A program made the translations under genes and the position numbers. From Mytilus californianus (lineage: Eukaryota), in assembly GCF_021869535.1 (NCBI RefSeq), contig NW_026262745.1, forward strand, positions 77,252,001 through 77,316,000: a DNA stretch of 64,000 nucleotides, in the 5' to 3' direction. Each line of letters starts with the position of its first letter. Within the stretch, counting starts at the first letter, position 1. Shown piece by piece: positions 38,901 to 49,936 of this stretch. The notes below the pieces were generated by a model. It was not told the DNA's origin. It saw only the letters and a program-made list of their open reading frames with translations, and did not search any database.

Positions 38901-41900
38901 GTCCCTAATATGTTACCGTATTTGTTTTAGAAATAAAAAGTGAAATGAAAGTAAGATGCAGAAAAAAAGTGTGATTCCAAAATACTTTTTTTTAAATGGC
39001 AAACATTCATTTTATTAAAAAGATTTGTTTGAATGATGACTGGACTCGGACGCTTCAAGAGAAAATGTTGCATACGTATTTGGAAGGATATCAAATAAAT
39101 AAAGTACGAATACATCCAGTTTGTCACTTGACTGATACGCTGAACCCAATTTTCAAAAATTAAACTAGCTCAAAGTTAAGACTTGCATCAACATATATCA
39201 TTCAAGCCTAAACTAAACAGTCTGTGAAAACGCGACATTGGCGTACTCAATTCTAATCCTAGTATCTGTTTTGCTCTTATTCCAATATACAGCGTTCAGG
39301 TGGTTCTTGTGAAATAAAGTAATCTTTTTAATAAATTTAGGTATACGAGTTTCGTTATAACTTTTTTTTGTACATATCTAGACTAGACGCCATAACTTAC
39401 TGTGATATGATGAATTTACATTTGATTGGAATTGTCTATTAGAAACAAAAGATTAAAAAAGAAATAAAGACATCGAACTTACCATCTACTTTTATGGTAA
39501 CGCATGCTTGGTCCGATGATTGTCTGGAAAAGAAAACAATGTCATCTTTATTAAAATGTAAAGTCACTCAAGGAAAATTATTGATTGCCTTTTGTAGATT
39601 ATATTAATCCTTTACCTATCAATGAAGATTAATAAACAACATTTGATCGTCATAAACAAATATTAAAAAAAAACAATTATAAATATAAAGGAATATAAGT
39701 CTTAAATGGTCATTTTGATCTTAACATCATCTGAAAAGTCTGAACAACAAATTATTCAGTGATGTTCCTTCTTTTAGTCATTTTTTTTAGTCTTATCCAC
39801 TGCAGTAAATTTAGTAACGTCTAGACAATTCGCTTAATTGCAGTCAATTAAGTAATTCTCAATAGCTGTTCAGACAAATCAGTAGGATGTTGATGTGTAA
39901 CGGTACAAAACAACAATGAACTTTCTGCTTATAGACTGTACAGATTTGAATTGTCTGCAATTGAATTGTACGAACAGTTATGAATTTACAACAGGGTATA
40001 AATAAAGGCAACAGTAGTATACCGCTGTTCGAAACTCATAAATCGATAGAGATAAAAACAAATCCGGGTTACAAACTAAAACTGAGGGAAACGCAAAAGC
40101 CTGCAAATTAACTAAAAGACTGGAAATTACATAACGATTTATTGTTTAGTGGTTTTTGAAGTGTTCAAATCAGAATGACCGTTTTAGAACTAATTGTTTG
40201 CGTAGTGATAGGCACAAACATCAGCGGCAATTGTAGTACACCAATGCTATCGCATAGTTATTACGATGTATTTCATGCAATGGTGATCAAATATCAGTCC
40301 CTTAAATGACACTACAATAGTTTTTGAGTTATATGAACTTATCCCCGCAATGCTCTTCAAATTCGTACTTTATTTGGCCTTTATAACTGTTTTGTTTCGA
40401 GCGTCACTGATGAGTCTTTTGTAGACGAAACGCTGGTCTGGCGTACCAAATCTTGGTATCTATGATGAGTTTATTGTAAATGTATGAACTCACCCCATGC
40501 TATTCACAGCAGTATAACAAAATATATGACTTCCTGCTTGAGATAGAGACGGTGTCCATGTTACATTCACATACCATTGTGTTCCTGATAACCCGTAGGG
40601 TAAAAGTCCAGTTTTAATCATTCCAACAGGAGACACCGTTACAATTTCTGTAATGCTAAAAGAAAAAGAAATCGCTTCTACGTTGATCTTTATGTAATGT
40701 AAGGATTTGAATCATTCAGGCAAAGTTGACCTTAAATGGATTTGGTGATTTTTAAAGTCCTTTATGGTCATATAGCTCTTCAACTGTTTTGGTTCTCATA
40801 CATCCTTGACATTCACATTTGGTTGTGGGTGTTCTTGATGAAGATAAATCCAGAAAAGTGCATCTAATAAGTGCTGATTTTTTTTCATTCGATTAATCGC
40901 TTCGTCGACATCGTAACCTGTATAGTTCACATAGAGGTTAACATATCCAATACCTTCGTTTGTAAATTTCTATACCATTTTCAGTCAATTTTAACTTCAA
41001 GAAATCGTTAAAAAACCATGATTTTAATGAACTACACATTCGTTTAAAAAGAATAATTCTATAATATATAGAATTTCTGTATACGTTCAATGCATTATTC
41101 AACATTTTGTGCCAACTCTGTCAATGATTTTTTTTCAAATAAGAACACGATTGCTACGCCGTAGCGAAATTACACTCGCCGTTGTATAAAAAGAAAATTA
41201 AATCGCGTTTCTTACTGTGTTGTTGTGGAACGATTGTTAAAGTATAAAAAAAAGTCGCATAAAAATCATGGTAAAAGAAAAAAGACGAATTAATATGGTC
41301 AACATCACAGTATAACAAACTAATCTATTAATTAAGAGTCCTTTCTGTCAAATGGTGTCAGAGGATTTGTGTTCACAATGTGTAAGTTAGATACAATAGT
41401 ACTAAAATGGTCAATATTCCATAACGTCCATCAAAATTGGAAGGGTTTTTGTTGCTCAGTCTTTAGTTTTTCTATATGTGTAGTGTTTTTGGGCCGGTTT
41501 TTTTCGCCTTGGCATTGTCAGTTTGTTATAACGTGTATAAGTTTTGAATGTTCATTTGGTATCATCCGCATCTTTTTTTGCTGTTATTTCAAAGTGTCGC
41601 AAATTTGTTGTATGAAACTTGTTCCTCTCTTGGGAATTGATGCGCCAAGAGGACCATAATCAGAGTTTTTTGTCTGCTAAGAATTATAATATACCATGTG
41701 TAAAGTATAATTTTTAAATAAATCATATGTACTTTACACTGAACTTTTGAACCAATGGAATTGATGTATAAATAGCTACCATTGTTAAACGAAAGCAACC
41801 GAGTAATGATTGAAATAGTGTATATTCAGGTCGACTGAATTATCAACTCCATCTTCCGAATGTAGGTTAAAAGTGTGAATCCTAAATATTTATTTCAATT

Positions 41901-44900
41901 GTATGAGATCGTTATGACTGTGATGACTTATCTGAATAAATATTGTTTAAACTAAATGTGTGAATGGTGTATTTCATTCTATATAGATATATTAGCAAAA
42001 GATTTCCAACAACAAATTGAAAACTGAATAGAGTATCTCTTACAAAGAGAATGAATACAGTGTTAAAAAGATCGATATTTTAATAAAGATATACTAATTT
42101 ATATATTTTCTACACACAGCAGTTCATTTGATGTTTCATCAATTTTGTCATGTTTCTTGCGAATTATAAAACGTCTCACTGATTATATTGGAATTGCGTG
42201 ACAGTAGATTTATGCATAATATTTTTTTGGTCAGTTACAAGGTAAAATGAACTACTTGTACTTGGAATGATATTAGTAATCAGTCTTCATATTTACCTCA
42301 CATTGGTCGATCCACTATTAGCCACAATAGTCTGAAAAAATGTTGTGTTTAGTGCTATGGTAGCTACCGAACCATTTACATTTGTAAGATTCAGTACTAG
42401 GGGTTTATCGTCGCAAGAATCAGTTGTTGAAGATATATCGACCAAAAACTGTAGCGGCACACTACTTAAAGGTGTAGCAGTGTCGGAAACAGAATAATCT
42501 TCTATCTGTAGCGCAACAGCGTGCCAACCAGTACTCCTCGATGCAGTGTAGGATAATATACATGAAGCCTGAAAATGAATATTACATTTGCATTTAGTAA
42601 AATCCCGAATGGTCAAAAAATGTGCTGAGTTGTAATATTGTTATGAAATCGTAACATAAGGTAAAATATGTCTCTAATTCATTAATTATTATCGCAATGA
42701 CAAATAATCGCGATTAGGAGCTAGGAAGTAAGGATATATAAAGTTAATGGCATATTTGCTTCACTCGCGGAACACGTCTACCAGGTCTATGTATTACTAA
42801 TAGTGATTAATACCATTTAACAAGGGATTTTTTCTGCTGTTTGTTTTCTTCCTTAATATCATAGATTTATTATGAGCAGTAATTTAGAAAGACGATAAAA
42901 CAAGACTTTACGGAATGGGTCTTGCTCATTGTTGAAGACCTGGCGGTCACCAATATTGACGTGCATCCATATCATTCCAACTGTTATGGATATTATTGGC
43001 ATTGCCAATTACACCACATCTCCTCTTTTTTTATATATCAAAACAAGCTTACATGTATTGATAATCTTCATATAGGTATGGAATATTGTGCACAAGTTTA
43101 TAAATAGATTTCGTCAGTATATTCCTAAAATATGCACAACAAATTACATTTATAACTTGCCTCGTTTAAAACTGCTCCTGGAAATGCTTCACAGACATTA
43201 GAACATTCATCACTTTGTGAATTTTTAGCCCAACGACATTTAACAGTGTCTCCGTCGTCGTCCTCCACTAAAAGAAAACAATTATTGAAAATTTAAATAA
43301 TGTGAGATAGATGTTTTAACAAACATATCGTTTTGCCATCGAATTCAGAATTCTCAGACGACGGAAAATGCCCGGTATGCATTTTTTTTATGATGGTAAT
43401 GATGATAAAAAGCAATATATTCGTTAAACAATTCAATTATTGAAGTTACTGAATATCCGTGCTTTTCGTGATAAACAGATCCAAGTAGAACACTAAAAGA
43501 ATTGGTATATAAAGCTTTAAATTGTGCATTTAAATACATATATTACATAATGAGAAATTTATGTACAAAATATTCGCTGAATTTGACTACTTAACATCAA
43601 AGCAGGGTTTTTTGTATGTTGAGTACTTACAATGTTTATCAAACTGGTGAATAAGAAACACATTCAAGATTTTCAAGAAAGTATTTCACCAAATATGTAT
43701 GGTTGTTTTTCTGTGGACTTCATTTTAGAAGCTATTTAGTTATTATATTTGTCAAAAAAAAAAAAAAACTGCAAAAATAGATCGGCAAATACAAATCAAT
43801 GTTTTATTAATACATGCAATTTACACCGAAATATGCCCAAAATATATTAAAAAGTAAAATAACAAAAATACCGAACTCAAAGGAAAATACAAATCGGAAA
43901 GTCCCTTATCAAATGTCAAAATCAAAAGCTCAAACACATCAAACGAATGGTAAACAACTGTCATATTCCTGACTTGGTACAGTCATTTCCCTATGTAGAA
44001 AATGGTGGATTAAACCTGGTTTTATAGCTAGCTAAACCTCTCACTTGGTAACAGTCGCATAAGATTCCATTATATTGACAACAATGTGTGAACAAAACAA
44101 ACAGACATAATAGGTAAAAATGTCAAAAATAGTTTATAGATTAAGTTTTGCAAATACAACTTGGCGTCAATATGTCCTGCAAATTGAAGAATAAGGACAT
44201 ATTTTGGTCGTTCCATATATATATTAGGTGACGACTTTTATCTTAGATATACAAAAGGATATTTAAATTACCTGGTATTCTTAGCGAATAAGAACATCCA
44301 TACTTAAAACGAACAATAGGTTGCATGGCAGAAATAGGTGATGTATTTATTTTGCCAGTATCTTGCCTGACAGAGAGATTTGCTGTGGCAAGCAATATCC
44401 AACTACTGCTACTTCCAACCACAAGAGTACTTATCCAACAGCAGCTACCATACCTGGAAACATTTATCATGTTTATAAACATGGTTAGATAAATGTGTGA
44501 ACAAATACAATTTTATTTTGCACTGTAAATGGGTGAAGCCGAAAAATTAACAATAAAAAATAACCACATAATGTCTTATGCTTATATTTGAATGCCTGTT
44601 AATTATTTTGCAAGTATTCTGTGTTAAATCGTCATTTTAGATAAACATGTCAATAACAATGTGAACTGGTGTCCATTTCTTAGCACCCGAGTGTATACCC
44701 TTTTTTAGTTTCTAATGTTATTTAGTGTTTTGTGGAAAGTCATTTGTCTTTTCGTCTGTTGGCAATTTTGATGTTTGGTTTTCTTCGACTTATGTCTTTT
44801 TATTGCCTCCTTGGTATATTTGCACCGTTTGTACAACATTTTAACATCATGTTTATAATTACGACTGACACTTCTACTGTATAGAGCTCTGATCATATCT

Positions 44901-47900
44901 AAAATAAAAATTAGTATAATTTTCAAAGGATTATTCTTTTTGAAATCTTTTATTATTCATCGGACCAGGTAATGGTCAATTCCACATCTGCCCTGTACAA
45001 TTACAATGTATCTGTTTAATGAGGTCAAAAATGAACAGTTCCGTTCAATTTGACTTCGTCCTATACTTTTAAACTGGTCGAAATATTTAATGCAGATTTA
45101 ATATTCAGATACACTTCTTAACACTGCTACGTGATAATGCGCCTAACCTTAGTCAAATATATCGGCAGTTTTTTTTTTTTACTTGTTATTTTTATCCTTC
45201 CATTGTTTTCATTTTGAAAGATTGTCGGATATATCAAAACTTTGCGCTTGAGAAATTGTATTGAATGTTATCCATGAGTGAAGATCTCTTTTTATGTTGA
45301 TTTTAGCTTATGTACCGGACTTATCCTTACACATGTTGCACATTGATATCAAAAGACCATCCCATACAAATTGTTTCATTAAAGAATTATGTTAGAACCT
45401 CTTCCATTATTGTCTGTAATGCATTTAAAAACTTTTAATTAAATGAATAGATAAAACAAAGTGCATGTACTCGCAATTGTAAAGTAACGAACGAGCTATT
45501 TGTAATTAAAGTAATGATATTTTACAAAAGACCTGGATTTTATCAACGTGTCTTTTGTTTCTTTATTCAAATTACATTGTTGAAAATAATGAAACTAATG
45601 CATATGATTTTTAACAATTAAAAGTTTTAGGTTAAACAATGAAGTCATACTTCACCAAAAGTGAACTAGATACATAAAGACCTTGACCTGATATAAGTAC
45701 GATTACACTGGTGTATTATAACGAAATACAGATATGAACAATGAAATAAGTTTTGGTAATAAAAATAGATATGAAACAAGAGTTGTTTTTCACAATGTAT
45801 AAGTGATATTTTGTAAAATTTTTTTAATGTATCCTTCAATACTAAAATGTATAATGTTCAGACTTTAATGAAAAGAGTAAGTACCTAATTTGTGGTTTAA
45901 ATAAGTCTTTTACGTGGTCGAAGTGATATATTTCTAAATTAACCATTGTGTACACTATCCACGTTATCACGACAAATTCCTAATGTCTGTCTCTTTACCT
46001 TTATGTGTCATTTCATTGTATTCGATTTTGTTGGTAATAAAGAATTTAGTAATAAGAAAGTAAATAAATTAAAAAAAGAAGAATTGACAATGTACTTTTA
46101 TTCATTCAACAAATTTACCCGAACTGAAAAATATTGTCAGACGTTGGAATAAAAGTATATGCTATGCTCCGTTGACCAGCTGACCAGTTCTCATCTAAAC
46201 TATAATCAGTGCAGTAGTATGCCATAGGGTTAACAATAGATCCGCTACAACCATGATAGCATGCCAAAACACCTTCTCCATTCATTATATTCCCATTAAT
46301 AATGTTGCTGTCATAACACATGTGATTGCTGGAATAATCTCTACGAAATGCTAATCGGTATGATATTTCTATTTCCTGGATTGAAAAAAAATATATCAGT
46401 TTATTTATAATTTTTATAATAATTTATTGCATTCCATATAATTTACAGTTTTTATATATCTTTAATGTTTTTTTTTTACTTTTTTTTGCTTATCTTTACG
46501 ATATCATTTTTAAACCGGTAAAGGCAGATTTTGGTCATAAATGTGTATTTTTGCACAGAACGATTTAACTAAAATATAGAGGTTTTTTCCGTAAACTAAT
46601 TCGGCAATATTTGTCTCATCTGTCATCAGACTTTTTTTAAAATGCAAGATTTACCCTTAACTTCACTTATATAAAGTGAAATAAGGTTTCGTATCTGACA
46701 ATTTTTTCGACAGTCTATGGCATGGTATTGGTTGCAAAAATTTGATATTTTTCATTTAAATACAATATTTGTTTAGTTAAATGGTATATTTTTTCATATA
46801 AATGGAATATTTGTTATTCAAATGGTATAATTTGTCATTCAAATGCAATGTTTGTATTCAATTGGTATAACTTGTCATTTTAATGCAATATTTTTATATT
46901 CAATTGGTATATTTGTTTTTAATTTATATGCAATAAATGCATTATGGGAAATTGTTGACGTAACAAGGTCAAATTTGCAACAACGTTTGTGATTGGTCGG
47001 TAATTGTTTGCATTTTTTCCCTTTCTTTCTAAACATGAGTGACCAAGAATTGAAAAACGCGTCAGAATATCGCCCCTCTAACTAAATCTGGCGTTCGTGC
47101 GAGTCCTGCCCTGGCTGTTAATGCTGTTAATACATAGCAACCCCCCCCCTTAGTCCAGATACATGTAATCATGACGTTCTCTGAGGCTATATCATATTTT
47201 ACTTATCTTATTCTTCAGAGACTTTGCAGGAATGCAAACATAATACAGAATAAAAAGCCTTCCAAGACGTTATATTTATTTGGACTAAGCCCCCTCTTTT
47301 TTGCTAGAAAAAAATCACTAATTACGACAGCAGAACCAGAGACCCACAAGAGGTGCAAAGAGTGCCGGTGTAACCCTCTTTGTGTTCAAAATATACATGA
47401 AATATTTGCCACTGCATCTTGTCTATGAATTATAACCCTGAGTTTTCTATCTGTTACATGCCAAGAAATCTTCGCTCAAAACTCCTGTGGACCTCCGACG
47501 GCACCCATTAGTAGTTAAAGATTTGATTTCGTTCAACAAATTAATTCATGACCTGCATGTACGTATCGCTTTGCGCACGGCCATATACCAAATGGTCAAT
47601 ATTATCATCCGTGTAATTTATTCTACGGGATGTTTGCATAGTTTCAACGGAGGCAATTTCTTGGCATGCTTTTAAATGATTTACTTGTCAATACTGCAGT
47701 TAGGGGGGGGGGGGGACAGTTCTGATGATTTATTTTTAATTGTGTAATGTTTTATTTTTTGTTTATTTTGTGACACAGTATATAAAAAAACAAAATGTAT
47801 ATAATAAGATACAAACAAGTTTAAATTGAAAACAACGTTCAAACCTATGATTGCGTTGGATAAAAACCGCAATTTTTATACGTGCCCATGCAAAACAAAT

Positions 47901-49501
47901 TTCTTGTTAGAGGGGTCTAAATACAGCACAAACAACATTTTCCAAAAGACCAAAAAAGTGAAAAAGTACATTTTAACAAAACGCATTCGTCTAACAGGTC
48001 GAACATCAAATGTTCTTAAACCCTGCCATTTGCGATTGCCAAATAAACGGATCACAAGGTGTAACTAATGGGTCTTATTTATGAATTTAATACCAAACAG
48101 AAAAATAATAAACTTGCGGCAAAGATGGTATACCGCAAACAAAGGTGCAAAGATTTTTGTACACCATATCCGGATTTCGACAATTAATGTCTCTTCAGTG
48201 ACGTATGGAATCGAAACGGTATATAATATAATAAGATAAACAACTCTAATGATTTGCATCCAACAAATTATAGGATTGTACGTTTAGCTATTATCTAGAC
48301 CAGTACAAAATGTATATTATAAGATACATATATACATCCATTGGGTTTTTTGATATGCAAGCCGTGGTCTCCATACCCGGTTATGCAGACCGGCTATATT
48401 TACAGGCCGACCGGCATCAAAATTTCAAAGCCAGTCGGCAAAATTGTTAATTTTATGGTGCGTTATCGGGACAATCAACTAAATTTAGAAGAGAAGGACG
48501 AAAGATACCAGAGGGACAGTCAAACTCATTGATCGAAAACAAACTGACAACGCCATGGCCAAAAATAAAAAGACAAACAGACAAATAATAGTACAGATGA
48601 CACAACATAGAAAACTAAAGACTAAGCAACACGAACCCCACCAAAAACTGGGGGTGATCTCAGGTGCTCCGGAATGACCCTAAAATTGAAAGTCGCGATT
48701 GGTGAAAGAAAAAAAAAAAAGCAAACGAATCATTGTGCTTTTCATTAATTTATGCATTACATTATATGGTTTTTATTGTTCTTAAATTCTTCCATAATTA
48801 CCTACAATATAAATTAAGAGTTTACTTTAGACAACAGAGAGAAAAATAAAAACAAAATATAACCGACTTCTTCATTTGTTGTTGTTCTAGGTGCTCTAGT
48901 TCATAACAATATTTAATCCTTTGGGAAGGGACATTGAACATGTGCATCATGAAGTAAACAACAATACTTGATATTGCAGTTAATATATTTTCTATCACTT
49001 CGATGTATATCAGCATTATATCAAATCAAATCAATTTTATTGTCATTAAACATTTACAGCATGCTTTGTGACAATACTAGTTCAAACATACAATAAACAA
49101 AACAACAACAAAAAACAAAAAAAACAAAAAAAAATTATTAAAAATACGTAAGTGATAGATTTACAATGTTACAATATTCAATAGCCATGTTATAATGAAA
49201 TCTATGCCCTCGGATTTAATGGCTTTTTTTTTAAAAAGAAGCCAACAATTCTTACATGTCTAAAGGAAGTGGGTTTTAATATATAAAATAACTGTGTTCA
49301 TCAGGGAAATGAATGAAATGTTTAGCATCTATTTGTATATCATTAAACAGATTTTAAATGTATATGAAATTAATTTACCTGAGGTCCCGACTGTTTCCAT
49401 GTTATAATTCCTCCTCTGAAATGACTAGAATGAATTTGTTGAACCAGAAAACATAATGAAAGCAAAAAATTAAAAAAACTGTTAGTTAACAATTTCTTCA
49501 T
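17748..49501 (-). CDS. Whole gene: type I membrane protein with integrin-beta-like/Sib-like N-terminal domain, 19 EGF repeats, TM helix and NPxY tail (27 coding exons, ~1156 aa)
   Basis: Manual spliced assembly. All acceptors are AG, all donors GT except one GC, and phases match at every junction. Summed exon length is 3471 nt = 1157 codons including TGA. Confidence 0.88.
18664..18783 (-). CDS. Last EGF exon ([40 protein letters not shown])
   Basis: 120 nt, phase 1-1, AG/GT. Confidence 0.87.
19120..19655 (+). mobile_element. SINE, same family, older and more 5'-complete copy
   Basis: GACGTTAAATCAGATGC..GTAGAGAGAGTGCC core; CAAT tail. Confidence 0.7.
21131..21520 (-). mobile_element. SINE, same family
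   Basis: Reverse-complement match to 16249-16674. Confidence 0.8.
22161..22274 (-). CDS. EGF exon ([38 protein letters not shown])
   Basis: 114 nt, phase 1-1, AG/GT. Confidence 0.87.
22504..22686. mobile_element. MITE (TIR TACTGTAAATTCAGAAATTATTGC)
   Basis: Imperfect inverted termini. Confidence 0.6.
23130..24000 (+). mobile_element. Penelope-like RT 3' fragments
   Basis: [15 protein letters not shown] and [12 protein letters not shown] similarity (23590-24000); family 3' end at 23130-23360. Confidence 0.75.
24547..24660 (-). CDS. EGF exon ([38 protein letters not shown])
   Basis: 114 nt, phase 1-1, AG/GT. Confidence 0.87.
24802..25111 (-). mobile_element. Retrozyme-like monomer with inactivated hammerhead
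   Basis: Shares AAACGCGCGTC..GCGTA and the TTCGTACTTTATTTGGC flank with 40340-40480; CUGAUGA lost and GAAA changed to CAAA. Confidence 0.65.
25774..25887 (-). CDS. EGF exon ([38 protein letters not shown])
   Basis: 114 nt, phase 1-1, ttgtag| and G|GTAAAT; not in the ORF track. Confidence 0.85.
26309..26422 (-). pseudogene. EGF pseudo-exon with premature TGA ([37 protein letters not shown])
   Basis: 114 nt with intact AG/GT; in-frame TGA at a Gly position. Confidence 0.8.
26925..27038 (-). CDS. EGF exon, type A (..[12 protein letters not shown])
   Basis: 114 nt, phase 1-1, open frame. Confidence 0.85.
27464..27576 (-). pseudogene. Degenerate type-B EGF exon
   Basis: 113 nt from the nearest AG (frameshifting); Cys2 changed to Phe; acceptor tract diverged next to a SINE insertion. 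Confidence 0.75.
27628..28054 (+). mobile_element. SINE, same family, 8-bp TSD, inside one tandem unit
   Basis: TSD TTGTATGC at 27620-27627 and 28055-28062; (CAAT)n tail. Confidence 0.85.
28434..28547 (-). CDS. EGF exon, type A
   Basis: 114 nt, phase 1-1, open frame. Confidence 0.85.
28982..29095 (-). CDS. EGF exon, type B
   Basis: 114 nt, phase 1-1, open frame. Confidence 0.85.
29490..29765 (-). repeat. Second interspersed repeat family inserted in one tandem unit (also 36120-36375, 21585-21670, 63040-63390)
   Basis: Shared AAGA(A/G)GATGTGGTATGA.TGCCAA block; absent from sibling units. Confidence 0.7.
29878..29991 (-). CDS. EGF exon, type A
   Basis: 114 nt, phase 1-1, donor G|GTTGAT. Confidence 0.83.
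30426..30539 (-). CDS. EGF exon, type B
   Basis: 114 nt, phase 1-1, open frame. Confidence 0.85.
31007..31120 (-). CDS. EGF exon, type A
   Basis: 114 nt, phase 1-1, open frame. Confidence 0.85.
31555..31668 (-). CDS. EGF exon, type B
   Basis: 114 nt, phase 1-1, open frame. Confidence 0.85.
32135..32248 (-). CDS. EGF exon, type A
   Basis: 114 nt, phase 1-1, open frame. Confidence 0.85.
32682..32795 (-). CDS. EGF exon, type B
   Basis: 114 nt, phase 1-1, open frame. Confidence 0.85.
33264..33377 (-). CDS. EGF exon, type A
   Basis: 114 nt, phase 1-1, open frame. Confidence 0.85.
33814..33927 (-). CDS. EGF exon, type B (..[10 protein letters not shown]..)
   Basis: 114 nt, phase 1-1, donor G|GTATTT. 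Confidence 0.83.
34398..34511 (-). CDS. EGF exon, type A
   Basis: 114 nt, phase 1-1, open frame, six Cys. Confidence 0.85.
34936..35049 (-). CDS. EGF exon, type B ([38 protein letters not shown])
   Basis: 114 nt, phase 1-1, AG/GT. Confidence 0.85.
35518..35631 (-). CDS. EGF exon, type A ([38 protein letters not shown])
   Basis: 114 nt, phase 1-1, ttatag| and G|GTTAAT. Confidence 0.85.
36381..36646. repeat. TTGC/GCAA-rich self-complementary repeat ending in TGTAAGGG; probable MITE fragment
   Basis: Many TTGCTGCAA-like palindromes; CCC/GGG-type terminus on one side only. Confidence 0.4.
36873..36957 (-). pseudogene. Heavily decayed EGF exon relic
   Basis: Residual ..[15 protein letters not shown]|GT similarity; flank at 36731-36770 matches the tandem-unit intron sequence. 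Confidence 0.5.
37540..38540 (+). mobile_element. Penelope-like element C-terminal ORF fragment plus 3' region
   Basis: [33 protein letters not shown]...SLHRK* (stop at 37906-37908). Confidence 0.7.
38659..38772 (-). CDS. EGF exon 1 ([38 protein letters not shown])
   Basis: 114 nt, phase 1-1, six Cys, AG/GT. Confidence 0.9.
39483..39523 (-). CDS. Exon 7 ([13 protein letters not shown]), 41-nt linker
   Basis: tcttttccag| acceptor, G|GTAAGT donor, phase 2-1 bridging exon 6 to the first EGF exon. Confidence 0.82.
40402..40443 (+). ncRNA. Type I hammerhead ribozyme of a retrozyme-like repeat (intron 6, antisense)
   Basis: CGUCA-CUGAUGA-GUC(UUUUGUA)GAC-GAAA-C(GCUG)G-UC^UGGCG; the helix III palindrome (ACGCGCGU in sibling copies) is mutated. 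Confidence 0.75.
40494..40655 (-). CDS. Exon 6 ([54 protein letters not shown]), beta-sandwich-like
   Basis: ttcttttag| acceptor, GG|GTGAGT donor, 162 nt, phase 2-2. Confidence 0.87.
42297..42568 (-). CDS. Exon 5 ([44 protein letters not shown]...NSGSTNV)
   Basis: ttttcag| acceptor, AG|GTAAAT donor, 272 nt, phase 0-2. Confidence 0.88.
43161..43267 (-). CDS. Exon 4 ([36 protein letters not shown]), GC donor
   Basis: ttcttttag| acceptor, GAG|GCAAGT donor, 107 nt, phase 1-0; D-x-D-G-D-x-x-x-C-R-W-A motif typical of the family. Confidence 0.85.
43855..44130 (+). repeat. Interspersed non-autonomous repeat family (also 17190-17435, 6860-6960, and 56270-56590 reverse)
   Basis: Shared GTCATATTCCTGACTTGGTACAG..GTAGAAAATGGTGGATT.AACCTGGTTTT block. 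Confidence 0.75.
44272..44453 (-). CDS. Exon 3 ([60 protein letters not shown])
   Basis: tttccag| acceptor, G|GTAATT donor, 182 nt, phase 2-1. Confidence 0.88.
46119..46375 (-). CDS. Exon 2 ([22 protein letters not shown]...[34 protein letters not shown])
   Basis: ttcaatccag| acceptor, GG|GTAAAT donor, 257 nt, phase 0-2, open frame. Confidence 0.88.
46745..46920. repeat. Minisatellite, ~21-22-bp unit (TATTTGTCATTCAAATGG..)
   Basis: About 8 degenerate copies. Confidence 0.7.
48160..48205 (-). ncRNA. Type I hammerhead ribozyme, intact core, palindromic helix III (intron 1, sense strand)
   Basis: UACGUCA-CUGAAGA-GACA(UUAAU)UGUC-GAAA-U(CCGG)A-UA^UGGUGUA; all conserved core nucleotides present and stems I, II and III pair. 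Confidence 0.82.
49379..49501 (-). CDS. Exon 1: signal peptide + SHFRGG motif ([41 protein letters not shown])
   Basis: ATG at 49501, hydrophobic core, donor CAG|GTAAAT (phase 0); homologous to the exon at 471-595. Confidence 0.88.
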
Positions 49502-49936
49502 GTTTTTGTAAGACAAGTTGCATTAAAACATTTGCACTCTTTTCTATGTAAAGGTTTTCATGAAGTGCTTAAACAAATCAACTTAACGCGATTTTGATTT
49601 CCCGTTGAACTTGAAATACTGTCTTTTGTTTTCAAATGAACTGGAAGTTCTGGAGTCATGACTTTAAACAAACAACGGTTAATTGTGTCCTTTTTTTAAA
49701 GAAAATTGTTAATATTAATTTTTTAACCTTCTATTGTAACTGGCATTTCGTATATATATGACAGTGTATTGTCCAACATACTTCATGTCGTCTGAGTCTT
49801 AATTGTATTCTCCAAATTAATTGTCGAAAAGCTAATTAATGATATGAAACGGTACATAATAGTTTCAGCATTTAAATGTTCTCACTCTTTGGTAGTATTG
49901 GTTAGATTTATTCACAATTTTGTTTCGATTTTATGA

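Noticed and set aside
48822-49016. 64-aa minus-strand ORF as the first exon of the receptor
   Set aside because: No family motif; the true exon 1 with signal peptide and SHFRGG is at 49379-49501.
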